From NCBI RefSeq assembly GCF_001194135.2, contig NC_068984.1:128263482-128327481 (forward strand): DNA of 64,000 nt, read 5' to 3'. A program made the position numbers and the translations under genes. The notes beneath the pieces are model-generated. The model did no database searches. It saw only the letters and a program-made list of their open reading frames with translations, and had not been told where the DNA came from. Below are positions 27,724 to 42,800 of the stretch, piece after piece. Each line of letters opens with the position of its first letter. Position 1 is the first letter of the stretch. The DNA comes from Octopus bimaculoides (taxonomy: Eukaryota).

Positions 27724-30700
27724 ACACACACATATATATCAATTGTCAATAATCTGAATTTTGTGTCAAACAAAAATAACTTGTGATATTTAGTCCACCT
27801 GAACTACATACACAGACACTCCCTTTGTTTGTCACTCTCTTGGCATTAGAAATGTAATGAACCTGTGATAAGTCCATTGGAAAACTATAACAAATGATGC
27901 AATTGTACACAAAAATTATAGAAGAAAATAAAATAAATAAATTGATAATGGCTACAATAAATTGATAACTGTCCACCCAAGTAGACAGTTACTATAGTAG
28001 GTAGTCACTACTGCTAATTACTATACTTTTTGCAGCATAATTATATTTGAGTTATCTGCCTTCTTGATATAGTGAAACAATGGTAAATTAGGTCAGCTTT
28101 AAAATCAATGGTATTACAGAATGACCAGAGATATGAAAAGCATTGTGAAATACAATGCTTGCAAAGTTAAGATGTTGGACTATTATACTTCTTAAGTGCT
28201 TACACTCAATAATCACAAAATGTAGAACATTATTACTGTTCTCAGATCCTACTGTTTATTTTATTAACTACACACATAGTGCTAGTTCAAACCACATAAC
28301 AGTTATTGTAGTGAACCCCTGAACAAAGCTTGTTCTAGTTTACCTTAGATAATAGACATCGGTTTCACTCATTACTCCATTGTTGAATGGTATGTAGCAA
28401 GAACATCCAGCAAGAAAACAATTACTCAAATAACAAATGATCCAACCCATCTTTGCTAGTATAGGAAAATGAGCATTAATAATTGAAGTAATTGAAGAGA
28501 GAGAGAGAGAGAGAGTTTTCTTTGAGGGCTCAGCAAACACCAGAGCCAGAAGCAGTTATAAAGCTGGAAGTTGAAAAGCTATAATTCTCTTAGATAGCAG
28601 AGATGTTAGAAACTTAAGGGTGAATAAGAATAAAACTAGTTATTTTGATATGTGAATGTTATCTGAGATAACTGTCATGACAGCAAAATTTTTCAAAGCA
28701 GATGCAATTGAGGGAAAAAAACTACAGAGAACTGTAAAGAATAGACAGTACTTGTAGTGGAGACAATAATTGCTAAGTTAGTGTAGGACAGAATTTAGAT
28801 GTCATGCAGTTTAGGCTTGTATCAAGTTCAAAGGGTCAAATGAAACAGTTACTAGAAGAACTACAATACAGGAATCTAAAACAAAAAGTACTGAAGTGAA
28901 GACAGAATAGCTAATAATGAACTCAATACTATTGCATTTGCAATGCGCCTAATGTTTGTACAAGAAGTATAGTAATGTTAGCTAAAGTCAGAACTAACTT
29001 CTAAGATTGCAGTGCTATCAAGTCAGTAGTCACATTGTAATTCATAATAGTTAGAAGACAGAATGTTTACTCTTGTGCTAACTGTATGTTGTACTGTATG
29101 AAACTTGAGCAGTAAAATCAAATACCAAAAGCAAACTACCTATAATAGCAGAGAAACAAGAACACAGTAGGTCACATTTAAAATAAAAAGAGTAAATTAC
29201 TAATTTAAGGGAGATCAAGAAAGTGAGAGTACTGTATAAATAATATATTATTCTAAGTAAATCCCTTTCATGTATTCTGTTTGTATTAACTACTTGACAC
29301 TGTACAATTGGTGTTTAAACAGCTAAAATTCAGAGGAGTTTTAAAACTCTTCTGCTTTAGTATACTACCCCACCACCCACACTAAAAAAAAACTCAGCTA
29401 AAATTATATTTTTAATGAATTCCTTCTTATAAAACTTCATGCTTCATTTGGAATCAACATTTATTGTTTCTATTAAGTTAAAGACAATATAGAAAAGCAA
29501 ATGCCAGTAATATTAAACTCAGTAGATTGGTTGATATATAAACCTAGCATATAAAACTGAAGAACGGAATAAGTCATAATGGTACACAATAAATCATAAT
29601 GGTAAAGATTGCACTTCTGCAATCTTTCAGTAATCTCCAAGGTGAGGACAGGACTGAAATATCCCACATCAAGTGCCTGTTACTTGAATGTAAATATATG
29701 ATTTTCACAGAGTGTCTATAGTGACTGCTTCATGGTAGTCTTGAGGAAAAGCAAAACAAACCCTAAACAAGCTAAAGTACTATTGTAAGAATCTGTTGAA
29801 TATATCTTGTTGAATTTGACAAAATTTATAAAACTAAAAAATTTAATTTTCTGCCTAAATAAAATGGTTGAAAATATATTTTAATATGGATTTTATAGTG
29901 GTACTTTAATTTATGATATGCTAGTAGAAATTATCTTTAAAAACACATCAAGTAGGGAGTAATATAATATGTAAAGTACAACTAAATTATTCGGTAAGTC
30001 TGTTACTTAAGAATATATCATTGTTAATGCAGGTGACTTACAAGTACAGAGAGGTGGATAAACAAATCAAAACTAAGAAAACAAAAATGTGTGCAACAAA
30101 CTTTTGGAAACAATGAATAATGACAGGGAGGATTGTTGAGAAGATGATAACTGAGTGTGGAAAGGAGCATACATGTTGAAAAAGGAAACAACTGTTGCAT
30201 TCTTCTTTTGTTGATGATAACAGTCATTAACAAAATTCTTTAAGCAATTGTCCAAAACTATTTATGAGATAGCCAAAGCAAGAAATGCTATTTTTTTTAA
30301 AACTAAATACATTTGATAAGAAATAATGAGGTATTTAATAATTTGTTATTATATTCGAGCGAGGTCATTGCCAGTGCCGCTGGACTGGCTCCTGTGCAGG
30401 TGGCACGTAAAAAACACCATTTTGAGCGTGGCCGTTGCAAGTACCGCCTGACTGGCCTTCATGCCGGTGGCACGTAAAAGCACCCACTACACTCTTGGAG
30501 TAGTTGGCATTAGGAAGGGCATCCAGCTGTAGAAACTCTGCCAAATCAGATTGGAGCCTGGTGTAGCCATCTGGTTCACCAGTCCTCAGTCAAATCATCC
30601 AACCCATGCTAGCATGGAAAGCGGACGTTAAACGATGATGATGATGATGATACCTAAACTGTATGGTGGTGTTTTGTTCAATTCAATCTCATTTCATAAA

Positions 30701-33700
30701 AAAGTAGAAATACTTTACTTTTAAAATATCACTTACATTACATATATTCATTCTAAAAATTAAGTAGAAATATATCTAACGTAGATACAATCATAATTAC
30801 TTATATTTTCAAAACAACTGAATCGAAACTTATTGTATATAAGCTCAGAATATCCTTGAGGTAAACATTTTATTATTTGAAGTAACATTATGAGTTTATG
30901 TTTGTAGAATGAAATTAAGCAATTAAATTTTGGCCATTATCTTTTTATAAATATATTTTTTTGTCATGTCAGTAATATAATAATAATTCCAGGAATTCAG
31001 AAACAAATTATTCTTCAAGTCAATAATTCAATGAGAACTTTTAAAAATTTTGTTTAAGAAAATTGAAATTTACAATGAAATTCCTCAATAGTTAGAGTTT
31101 AGTGTACTACTATCATAATGATAAGATACATGAAATAAAGAACATTCTAGTGAATTTCAGTTATCAGAATCAACAATAAAGAAGAAAATACAACCTAAAA
31201 ATGAACAAAGAACAAAAATGAGACATGCATGAATAAAATATTAAAATAATATTAAGGACTGAGGAAAAAAAAAGATGAATAACATGCTTCATGTAATTTG
31301 AACAAAAATGTAATTGATGGAATTAAACAATACTTAATGGTAACTGAAACATAAACAGATATGCCAGCTATGTATGTTGATCTATTGCTTTGGTAATATC
31401 TACACTATGAGAATATATTAGTATTAACTGCATAGAATTGTTGGGAAAATGTTTTGCAATTGATATCATTTGTTTTTAATAACTTACTTTCAACCATAGA
31501 GATTTTTAAAAAATGATACTGTTTTGTCAGTTGTAGGTTCAAGTTCAAAATGTTTAGCAGAATAGTCCAGCACTCACTGATCACAATATGCTTTATAGGA
31601 ATCAATCAGAATGCCTAATATCACAACATGACAGCACATATTCCTAGAAAGCATTGTTAAATTCCCTCAGTACATCAAGTTCAAGTAGAGAAAGCAGGAT
31701 AAAAAGATTCACCAAAGTTCTGACTTAACAGCAACTGCTATAAGCAGATATACATTTAGCACACTCACTTGAAACATAAGATGGATGTTGGTAACTTTCT
31801 GGGCTGACCAACCAGCTGACTGAGAAGAAGATTCAAGTTGAAAATATGGGGTCAGTTTTTGAATGTAACTTCCTTCCTTGAAAAAATTCTGGTTTGATGT
31901 GTTAGTCTTCATTAAGTTCAGCATCAGTAACAGACAGTCTTCCACAACAATACCTGAAATTGATAATGATAGGCAGCGGTTCAAAATTTACAGAATGTGG
32001 TAAAAATAAATGGTAAATATATGATTATAATGTAGATCCCACAGGGTCTAAGTTGGTGTAAAAGTATCAAAACTAATACTTGTCAGTGGCATCTCCATTA
32101 TCTTTTATATGTTTCATTCATAGGACTGTAGTCATGCTGGAGCACCACTTTGAAATATTTTTGTCAAAGAAATCAAACATATATTTATTTTGGTTTTAAT
32201 CTTGAACTTATTCAATTGGGGTCTTTTACTGAACTCCCAAGTTACAAGGACATAAACAAACCAACACCTGGTTGTCAAGCAAGTGGGGTGGAGGACATTC
32301 ACTTTATGCTTATGTAGCTGACATTTCTGTACAACTTCATAAAATAACATTCATGCCACTCCAACTGGACTCAGTCAATTACTCGTGGGAAGGTGAAAAT
32401 ATCTATCCACAAACCATATTTTGTATGATATACAACAGCTATATAGATGTACAATGTTAATACCATTTACTTTCAAAATAACACATTATTTGCTATGCAT
32501 TTATGGTTTGAATAATTTGATAATTTTTAAATCCCACTTTTTCAATGAACTAAAATATTTGAGAAAATATATGAATGAATAGAAATACAAGAATATATGA
32601 ATTGAACAGTGAAGAGACAAGTACAAACCTCCATCGCTATTTCCTTCTTCTCTGATAATATCCAGCAATCTCTCAAAAGCATTCTCAAAAGCAACAATCT
32701 TCTGAATATTTGCATTACCTTTAGTGAGCTGAATCAGTAAAAGCAGCGCCTATTGAGAGAAAAGTGTAAATAATTATTGATAACTCATCCAAATGGAACA
32801 ACAAATCTTAAAAACACAGCAGTTAGAAATATTTTCATTGTGGACTAGCTTCAATCACTCCAAAGTCGATATAATTTCCGATTAACATCTTTGTTATCTA
32901 TAAGGCTTCATATTTTAATTGATCAAGCTAACTTTACTCAGATCCATCTCCATCAAGATCCATATAAATAAAAGCTAGCAATACTCTTCCATTTAATGTA
33001 CAATAACTATTCATATTATCTAACCACATAAATATAGTTAAAAGGGTAAAGGGTAAAGATCTCTCCGGTCATGAATGACTGTGGCATTGCACCTAGTAAA
33101 TTCCTTTCTAAAGCACAAGTCCAGGCGATGTTATCCAAGGGAAAGGTGAAGGCTGATACAGCTTGGCACCAGTGGCATTGCAACTCATTTCTACAGCTGA
33201 GTGCCTTGCTCAAGAAGACAACACACAGCCCGGTCTGGGGATCGAATTCACTACCTCATGATTGTAAGCCTGACACTCTAGGAATGGTGACAACCCTAGA
33301 AACCATGTCAAATCAGACTGGAACCTGGTGCAGTCCCCTGGCTTACCAGTTCCAGTCAAACCATTTAACCCATGCCAGCATGGAAAGCAGACATTAAATG
33401 ATGGTGATGATGATGACACAAATGCTTATCTGTCCAACCGCTAAAATGTGTGTTTTTCTAAACCACTGCTCTAAACTTATTCAATGATTTAACTTGCATT
33501 GATTACTTGTAATGAACAGAAACATGCAAAATGTCATACAAGTGATAACGTTTGAAGTCCTCTGTGAAAAACATGTCAGAGAAGTATTATCTTGCTGGGA
33601 AACAGATGAGAAATGGTGACAGAAAGAGTATTTGGCAGTAGAAAATCTGCCTCAACAAATTCCATCTGATCTATGTAAGTATGGAAAAGTGAACATTAAA

Positions 33701-36700
33701 TGATGATAATATGCATATGTTTATACATGTATATCTGCTTTCACAAGGATGCTAAGAATTGACTTCAGTAACAAAGCTGTAAGAGTGTTCTCTCTCACCA
33801 CAGCTAATCACTTGTAACTTGTTTCCAGTATATCACTGCAAATCAGAACCCCCCCCCCCCAAAAAAAAAAACGACACAGAAGCAAGAAGCCATGACGATT
33901 ACAGTAGAGGTAAAAACAAATAAATCAATGAAAATTACTGATGATGAAAGTAACTTACATCATTCCTAATAATTTCTCGACTATCAGACAAAAGATCCAT
34001 CAGTTTAGAAACTCCCATGGGACTTATCAAAATGATTTCTTGAATTTCTTTACTTTTGTTTGTAAGAAGAATTGTCAATAACTTCACAATTGGCCAACGA
34101 ACATGAAAATCATATTCCTAAATAGAAAGAGAAAAATATATATATTATTGTGAAGAAGTTCTACATGGAATTCTGTCATTGTTTGCTAATTATGTATTAT
34201 AAAAACAAAACATCGATACAAAACATGGAAGCAGAGTTTTAGAAATATTTTGGTTGTGTGGTTAAGAAGCTCACTTTGCAACTGGTTTCAGGTTCTGTCT
34301 CACTGTGTGGTACCTTGGGTATATGTCTTCTGTTATACGCTTGAGCTAATCAATACCTTAAAAGTTAGTTTGGCAAATGGAATCTGAGTTGAAGCCTGTT
34401 GTACATAGCGAAATCGTGATGGCACCTGTACCAGTAAATCACTAAGAGCACCGACCGACCGTGATCGTTGCCAGAGCACCAGCTGTCTGGCTTTCGTGCC
34501 GGTGGCACATAAATAGCACCATTTGAGCGTGATTGTTACCAACGTCGTCTTCCTGGCACTTGTGCCAGTGACACGTGAAAAGACATTCGAGCGAGATCGT
34601 TGCCAGTACCGCTGGACTGGCTCCTGTGCAGATGGCACGTAAAATACACCATTTCGAGCATGGCTGTTGCCAGTACCGCCTGCCTGGCCTTCGTGCCGGT
34701 GGCATGTAAAAGCACCCACTACACTCTTGGAGTGGTTGGCGTTAGGAAGGGCATCCAACTGTAGAAACTCTGCCAAATCAAATTGGAGCCTGGTGTAGCC
34801 ATCTGGTTCACCAGTCCTCAGTCAAATCGTCCAACCCATGCTAGCATGGAAAGCGGACGTTAAACGATGATGATGTGTGAGTCTTTGTGTTTTTCCACCT
34901 CTACTGCTTGATAACCAGTATTGGCTTGTTTATATCTCCATAACTAAACAACTTAGCAAAAGAGGCTAATGGAATAAGTCCCCAAATTTAAAAAAAAAGA
35001 AGGAAAAAACAGGTACTGGGGTCAATTTGTTCAACAAAACCTTTCAAGGTAATGTTCCAGCATGACTGCACTCCAATGACTGTAACAATTAAAATATGAA
35101 AAATGCTACACCAGTGTATTAAATACATGAAGCTGTTATTCTAATGATCCAACAAACCAACTTAGCTGATGTAATGGTAAAAGAATATAAAAAGGTTCCA
35201 GATGATCGATTTTGTAATAATATAATTCAAGATTTTCAAATAAATTTTGACCAAGTCAGTACAGATATTTGTAAGGGCTATTGTTGTTTCATGGCTCTAC
35301 ACTCCTTTTGACACAGATCATTATATCATATTTCATATATACTGTATATATTCTCCAAATAGACAGACAGGTAAAATGTAAAATCCACAAAATAGAATAA
35401 GTTCATGAGGCAAAGGGAGAAGTCAGTTCTGGCATTTTGGGCAAGGGCCCTTCAATCTTACAGATTTCATTAACTGCTTTAGTGCTTATGCAGACCACAA
35501 CTAGTATCTTAGGATTCTAGTTCTTGTCTTTTATTCTTTTCTTTTACAATTAAAATATAAGATATAAGACAACATAGATTTATGACTGAAAACTCAAAGC
35601 ATGGCTGTATAGTTAAGCCTGCTTTGAAACCACATGGCTTTAGGTTTCTAGGTTCAGTTCTCTGCATGGTATCTTGGGCAAGTGTCTTCTACAATAGCCC
35701 TAGGTTGACTAATGCTTTATGAATGAATCTACTACATGGAAACTGGAGGAAGCCTGTTGCACATATGAGTGTATGTGTGTGAACGCGCATGGATTTGATA
35801 TTTCATTTATCCACCATTTGAGCAAAATGTTGATTATGTTGCTGACATTACCACTAGTCATTGTGTGCTTTCAAAGACCTGTGGAATAAAAGATCCCCTA
35901 CTTGAAAATTGAGTGAGGATTGGTGAGGAAAGGAAGAGCATCTGGCTGTAAGATCCTGCCTTAAAATCAATATTTTTGCAAGAACACTAGTAGAGAAAAA
36001 CAGATGTTAAAATTAACAAAGAACAACAGGAATATTGATTGAAATTAATGAAACTAAATGGACAACTAGGAGATAAATATTTAAAAACAGAAGGACATGT
36101 GCAAGAGTAGAAGATATTAGGGTGTTCACAAAAATTTTAATTCTTGTATCACCCATTTAGCATTTAAATCAGCCATATCTGACCCATATATTCTACCCGT
36201 TTTAGGCTCAAACAGACCAGATCCTGCCTCTACATCTTCCTTACAATGTGTTTCCAAAGATAAACAAGCACGTCATCAAAATCTTGAAACTATGAGATAA
36301 TGCATGATTAATTCAAAACAATGTGAATAAATAAGCATTACATTTGACTGAGTAATCTGAATGCTAAAGGGTTAAGAAATTATGAATTTACAAGTTACAA
36401 ACAATAAACTCAAATAGCATATTTTTCTTAAGCTGTTAATGTCTTATTTAAAGAGAAGGTGAATACTTTACTCACTTCCAATAGCAACAGTAATAGTGTG
36501 ACATTCTCTGAGGACTTTATAAAAATTTCAGTGAACTGACCCCCTAAGTCATCTGGAATGTGATTTGACAATTCATCTTCTGTCAGTGACATAGAATCTG
36601 AAAAAGAAACAATATAACTAGAAACTGAGAACAAAAGAATTCAGTTTTATAATAATCCTTTCTCCTACAGGCACAAATCCTGAAATTTTGGAGAAAGATG

Positions 36701-39700
36701 ATAGTTGAATGCATCAACCCCAGAGCTCAACTGGTTCTTATTTTCTCAACTCCAAAAGGATGAAAAGCAAAGTCAACTTCAGTAGCATTTAAACTTAGAA
36801 TGTAAAGCTGGAAGAAATGCTGCTATGCATTTTGTCTGGCATTCTAACAATTCTGCCAACTCACCACCTTTAAACCAACGCTTTCAAATTTTAGCACAAG
36901 GCCAGTAATTTTGTTTCAGTTTTATAATAATAAAATTAATGTAGCAACTTCTTCAGCAGAAGAAACAAGAGTAGACAAAAGAAAGCTTGGAATAAAATGA
37001 TTCTAGCACATCTTATGTTATTGGGCCCAGCAGAGAAAAAGATGTGGGATAGGTTCAATTCAATCAATGCAGTACTCATAGAAAAGCAGATATTAAATTG
37101 AAGATGAGATTGAAGTAAATGACAATGATCAAAATATTTTTAACAAATATAATTTTCAAAGCATTTAAATTTCAATTCCCAAAGAAATGCTTATATTAAG
37201 TTTTATTTATCAATAATGAGGAGATATGAGACAAGAAAGAATATGCATAATTTATTCTTGTTCTTATTAAGAAAAACTCAATGCAAACACACTCACACAT
37301 CTATTTATAAATAGAAGCACTATACATTGTTATCATACACAGAAATATTGGTAAACTTACAAGTGTGTACTTTAAGTAACCATTCAATATGCTTCAAGCC
37401 TTGCTGTGAAAAGTTAACACTGGTTAAACCACATGTTTTTTCCCTTCACCAACGAAAGTGATTGATCTTTAATCAGAGAGAAAGGAAAAAAACCTGTGGT
37501 TTAATCTGAGTGTCTATCTTTCACAATGAGGCAAAATGTCTATTAATTAAAAACATAAGGTCTATAAGTTTACCTTACATTTTTACATGCACATATATGT
37601 GTGTGAATAGTAGGGAAAATGATAATGTTATAAACTTACCATCATCTGAAGGTTCATTTGACATTATGTTACAAAGTGTGTCCAGAGAATAGCCAATAAT
37701 CTCGGCGTCACTCCTACAATATACAAAGCAACAAAAAGTATTGTAAGAAAAAGGAAACCTGGAATGTTCAACAACTTTTGCTGTAAGTCTGTATAACATT
37801 ATAATCTATATAAGAGGAAGTGTTAAGAAAAATTAGCTAATAAAGTTCACAAAGTTAATAAATTCATTTACCACGAGAAGTTAATTTTACAGCAGGAATC
37901 TTTAATATAAGATTCTTCTTGAGAAAAGGTGCCTGTCAAAAACATTAGAATTCACTTCTTATGGCACATAAACTTAAATACTTTTGTGAAATGTATTGCA
38001 TTAAGAATGTTATTGCATAGATAAAATCTATTTCACAATGTGGAATTATGTCACAGCAAAATGCAAAGGTAGATGAAAATTATCCTGTCTATGGCTAGAT
38101 AGTTAACTAGAGAACAGTTATATATCATTTAATAACACTAAAATGCTTATGGTTGCAAAGACAATTTTACAAACTATCAAAAGCAATAAACATGTTATGC
38201 ATAAATAATAATTTGATTACCAGAACCATCTGGACGTTAAACTAAAAGAATTAATTGCATCATAAAATACTGACCTGTCAGTCTCCAGCACTTTGATAAG
38301 GATATCCATTGCCTGAGTTCCAACCTCCAGAGCATATTTCTATAGAAAAGTAAAATGAAATGTATGGTAATGTTTTTGTCTCTATCTGTAGACCTTATAT
38401 ATATATAAAAACACATTGCCACAGATGTATAATATTGATGATGTAACTAAGCCTTCTGTAGCTGGCTACCAATAGCACAAAGACTGAAATAGTTCAGAAA
38501 AACAGACTATTACTTTACTTGCCTGTCTAAGTGGGAAATATATTTTGGTTCCAAAACAGAACAAAGATGAGGGGGCAATTTATCTGTCATTGACAAGAAA
38601 TATGATAAAATATATTGTAGAAAATAAATTTAAAACAAATGTGAAACTGTTATTGATGACAAAGTTTAAGCTTTTAGTGTTTTGTAAACCTGTAAAAGTA
38701 ACTTCAGAAAACCATCAAGTCATCAATTCAATGAACTAGAAAGTTAGAGAGCAGCAAGATCACTGGAAAAGGACATAAGAAGTATTCTAACAGGTTATAT
38801 GTCTTACAGACTTGATATCAATTCACAAAAAAAAACAGTCGCATTCTAACAGCAGATAGAAATGAAAAGTGTAAAAAGTAAAAGGAATTTTTAGAAAAGC
38901 AACTCCTGTAGTCTACTAGAGAAGATAAATAATAACCAGGAAATAACAATAACAGAGTAGCGTAAGAATAATAAGAGAAGCGTGTGAGTAAAACAACTCA
39001 ACTACACATAACAGTGGTGAAGGAAAAAGGAATTAGATAAAGTTTGTTGTAAGTAATTAAATGTTAATACAATGCAGAGTGTTTTAGTCAAGTAGACTAA
39101 ACAGTTGTAGAGGACAGAGACATATTTAAAAAGTCAGGTAAGCAAGTTAGACATGTTTACCTAAGAAAGAAGTAGAGAATAGAAAGTTAGCAAATGTTTT
39201 CAGGTGAGACAATGAAAAGTATGAACATAAGTCACAGCAGTAGCTAAGTTACTCTCCCTTTGTAATTATATTCAGGCTTCAACCTCTGACCCGTACGAGT
39301 CACATGTTGCTCTGTGTGTATGCACCTTTGCTTGCAGTTGCATTTGAATAACAAATTTAGCTGAAATAATCCCTACCATTGTTAATAGAGTCTAGCAAAG
39401 TTCTAGGAACATACATATCACAGCTGTATTTTTCTATGATTTATACCTGGAATAAAAAGACCAGCTACAGTTTTTAAACTGCTATTTCTAATTGACTGGC
39501 AATATATATATACAGTATCTAATGGGAATTAGGATTACAAGTGACGAGAGAGAACTGCAGATATGTTACGTACATAGAGAATGTATGTGTGTGACACATT
39601 GATTAATAAATTATATTGATCAATTATCATGTCATTTGTACTTTCTATACAAGCCGTGTTTATGCTATAAATTACATTTATCACAATCACTTGACAGTGC

Positions 39701-39828
39701 ATTGGCATTAGGAAAGGTATCCAGCCATAGAAACCATGACAAAACAGATGGCAGAGCTTGATGCAGTCATCTAACTTGCTAGTTCCTGTCAAACCATCCA
39801 GCATGGAAAACAGATGATGATGATGATG

Positions 39829-39872
<44 letters not shown>

Positions 39873-42800
39873 CATTGTCATTTTAATGTGTTTTCCATGC
39901 ATGTATGAATCAACTGGCTTTTCTACTACTGGATACCCTTCCTGTCACCAACTCTCACTTGTTTCCAAGGAAGTAATATTTTCCCAGGCTAGACATACTT
40001 TCATAGAAGATTGGAAATGAACACTCTGATGCTTGTTTACAACTGCTGTGTGATATCAAGACAAACACACACACAATGAGTTTGTTTCAGCTTGTGTTTA
40101 CCAAATCCACTCACAAGGCTTTGGTCAGTCTGGCTTTATAGTAGGAGACATTTACCCAGTCTCTTTTTGGTGAACCACTAAGTTGTAGGGACGTAAACAC
40201 TCTAACACCAGTTGTCAAGTGGTGGTAGTGGACAAATACAGATATAAAGACACACACACATAGATATGCATATATATATATATATATATACATGACAGGC
40301 TTCTTTCAGTTTTCGTCTACAAGACCCACTCACAAGGCTTTGGTTGACCCAAGGCTATAATAAAAGACACTTGCCCAATGAGCCACACAGTGGGACTGAA
40401 CCTAGAACTATGTGGTTGGGAAGTAAGCTTCTTACCAAATAGCCATGTGTGTTCACAATGGCTGCATTCATTGATTTACTTGCATGCATTGATCCAAGTA
40501 AATAGAATACTACTGAAAAACTTTTGTTCTAATAGCCATGCGGGTAACAGCAAGTACATTGTGAGAAATTCACATAATTCACATTTCTGAGTATGTGAAT
40601 TTCTTAGGAGACTTTTTTTAGTGTTTTCTTGAATATTCCTTCTTATTTCTACAAGTCCTTCAATATTTTTGACACACAAATTAATCACCTCTCAGCATTA
40701 AGATTTACATGCTCTTCAGTTTATTTATTAAAATGTAATTGAGAGCCTGACCAATAACTTGACATTTTGCCTTTAGTATTCATGGTTTAGTTTTTTTCAT
40801 CACTGTTTTCTATTAGAAATAGAATGAAATTTTAAAAAATATTCTGTTAACAAATCTGTGTATATACAAGTGAGAAGTTTCAACAGATCTGTGTGATATA
40901 GCATGTTTTTCACAGACACATTTATTTTATAGTGGAATCAAATCTTACATAAAGGGTTGTTTTGTTTTCAGGTGTGCTATCATCAACACATATTTGTTTC
41001 ATGATTATTGTCACTATTTTCTAAACTGGCATGAATTATATAAGTCACCACAGTCCAAGTCAGCTCTCACTCAAAGATACTGATTACTTAGATGGGTCAG
41101 AGGAGAGCATCTGGTTTGTATATTTCATTTTTGGCTTAGTTTCTTCAGCTGGGTGCCTATCCTAACACAAGCCACTCTATAGAGTATACTGGGTGCATTT
41201 TATCATGATATCAGATATTGTCATATCCTTAGCAAGACTAAAGGGTTCTCTTAACCTTACACTTTACAGTGTAAGCATACTCAGCAGGATGTGTAGACAA
41301 TACACAAATGAATTGAGAGAAAAAGTGAGTACACTTCTGCCATTGATACTCTCTTCTCTTCACCCCCCCCCCACATATCCATACCTTCTTCTTATTATAT
41401 TCTTGTTCCTTGTGTTGGTGTCATGAGAAAATACATTCAGTACACTTTATACAGTGGTTGACAATAGGAAGAACATTCAGCCATAGAAACCAACCCAAAT
41501 AACATGTATGAGTACCAGCCCTTAGCAGTATAGTTCCCAAGAGAACTGACTCAATTTATGAGAATCACTTTCTCTAACCCCAAAATGTATGGTCTTATGC
41601 CAGTGTTAGAAATCAATATTATCATTAATATCATCTTGATATAGTGTAAAGTGGAAGTTATTATTACTATAATAGATGTGTTATCAGCTCCTTGAGACCT
41701 TTGAAACTCAGTTTAGAGAAAAACAGTATCAGTAAAATAGTCACAAGTAAACAACACAGACTTCGTATATTACAGTTTACACAATTTTCCATCAAGTGAC
41801 TAGCTAGTAATTAAGAAACAGGATGTGATACAAGTTCATCATCCATAACTATTCTATAGTAGACAATAATTGTGAAAGCTTGTAGGCTAGCTCAGGGGAA
41901 GTGGGTATATATAAATGTAGTAGTGGATAAACTGAGAGCAAATAGTAACAGAAGGTGAATTCTGAATATTAAAATAACAAAAGATTATAGCTAGATATGA
42001 TGTAAAATTAATTAGGAATTAGTCATTAAATTCTTATTTATATACATTAGCCATTTGATTTTAAAAATCTCAAGTACAGAACATTGTATGAATATAAAAC
42101 ACTGAAAATATGTAGTTAGTTAAAATATTTACCGAAAGGAAATGGAAGACAAGAGTATATCATATGAAATTAATTACATTTGTTTGCAAATATAATATTA
42201 ATTGAATAATACATAACTATAATCTACTAGTTTTACTATTTGATTTATTACAGAGGTAACAATTCAGCCACTTGGTTGTTTCTTACAGAGGTCGTAAAGA
42301 AAGTTTTACTAGCATAAAAGCAATGTCATTTATTTCCAATATCCTGTGAAAACACGTCTGGCCATGGGGAAACATTACATTACTTCAAAACAGGCAAAAC
42401 TCAGTGACAGGAAGGGCGTTCAGCCACAGAAAGTCTGCCATAATAAACTCCATTCAATCCATGCAGGCATGGGATAGTGGACATTAAAATGATGATGATG
42501 ATGATGATGATGATATACCTTTAGAACAGTCATCATTATTACAAAAATGAATGCTTTGTACCTTTATAAAATAGTGAAACAGTGCAGTTTCATTTTAATA
42601 TCAAGGTACCTGCATGAATTAGTGGAGGCGCAATGGCCCAGTGGTTAGGGCAGCGGACTCGCGGTCATAGGATCGCGGTTTCGATTCCCAGACCGGGCGT
42701 TGTGAGTGTTTATTGAGCAAAAACACCTAAAGTTCCACGATGCTCCGGCAGGGGATGGTGGCGAACGCTGCTGTACTCTTTCACCACAACTTTCTCTCAC

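Noticed and set aside
34463-34715. CRISPR-like look of regularly spaced palindromic units
   Set aside because: The inter-core sequences are homologous to each other rather than unique spacers, there are no cas genes, the context is eukaryotic, and the array is part of an RTE 3' end.
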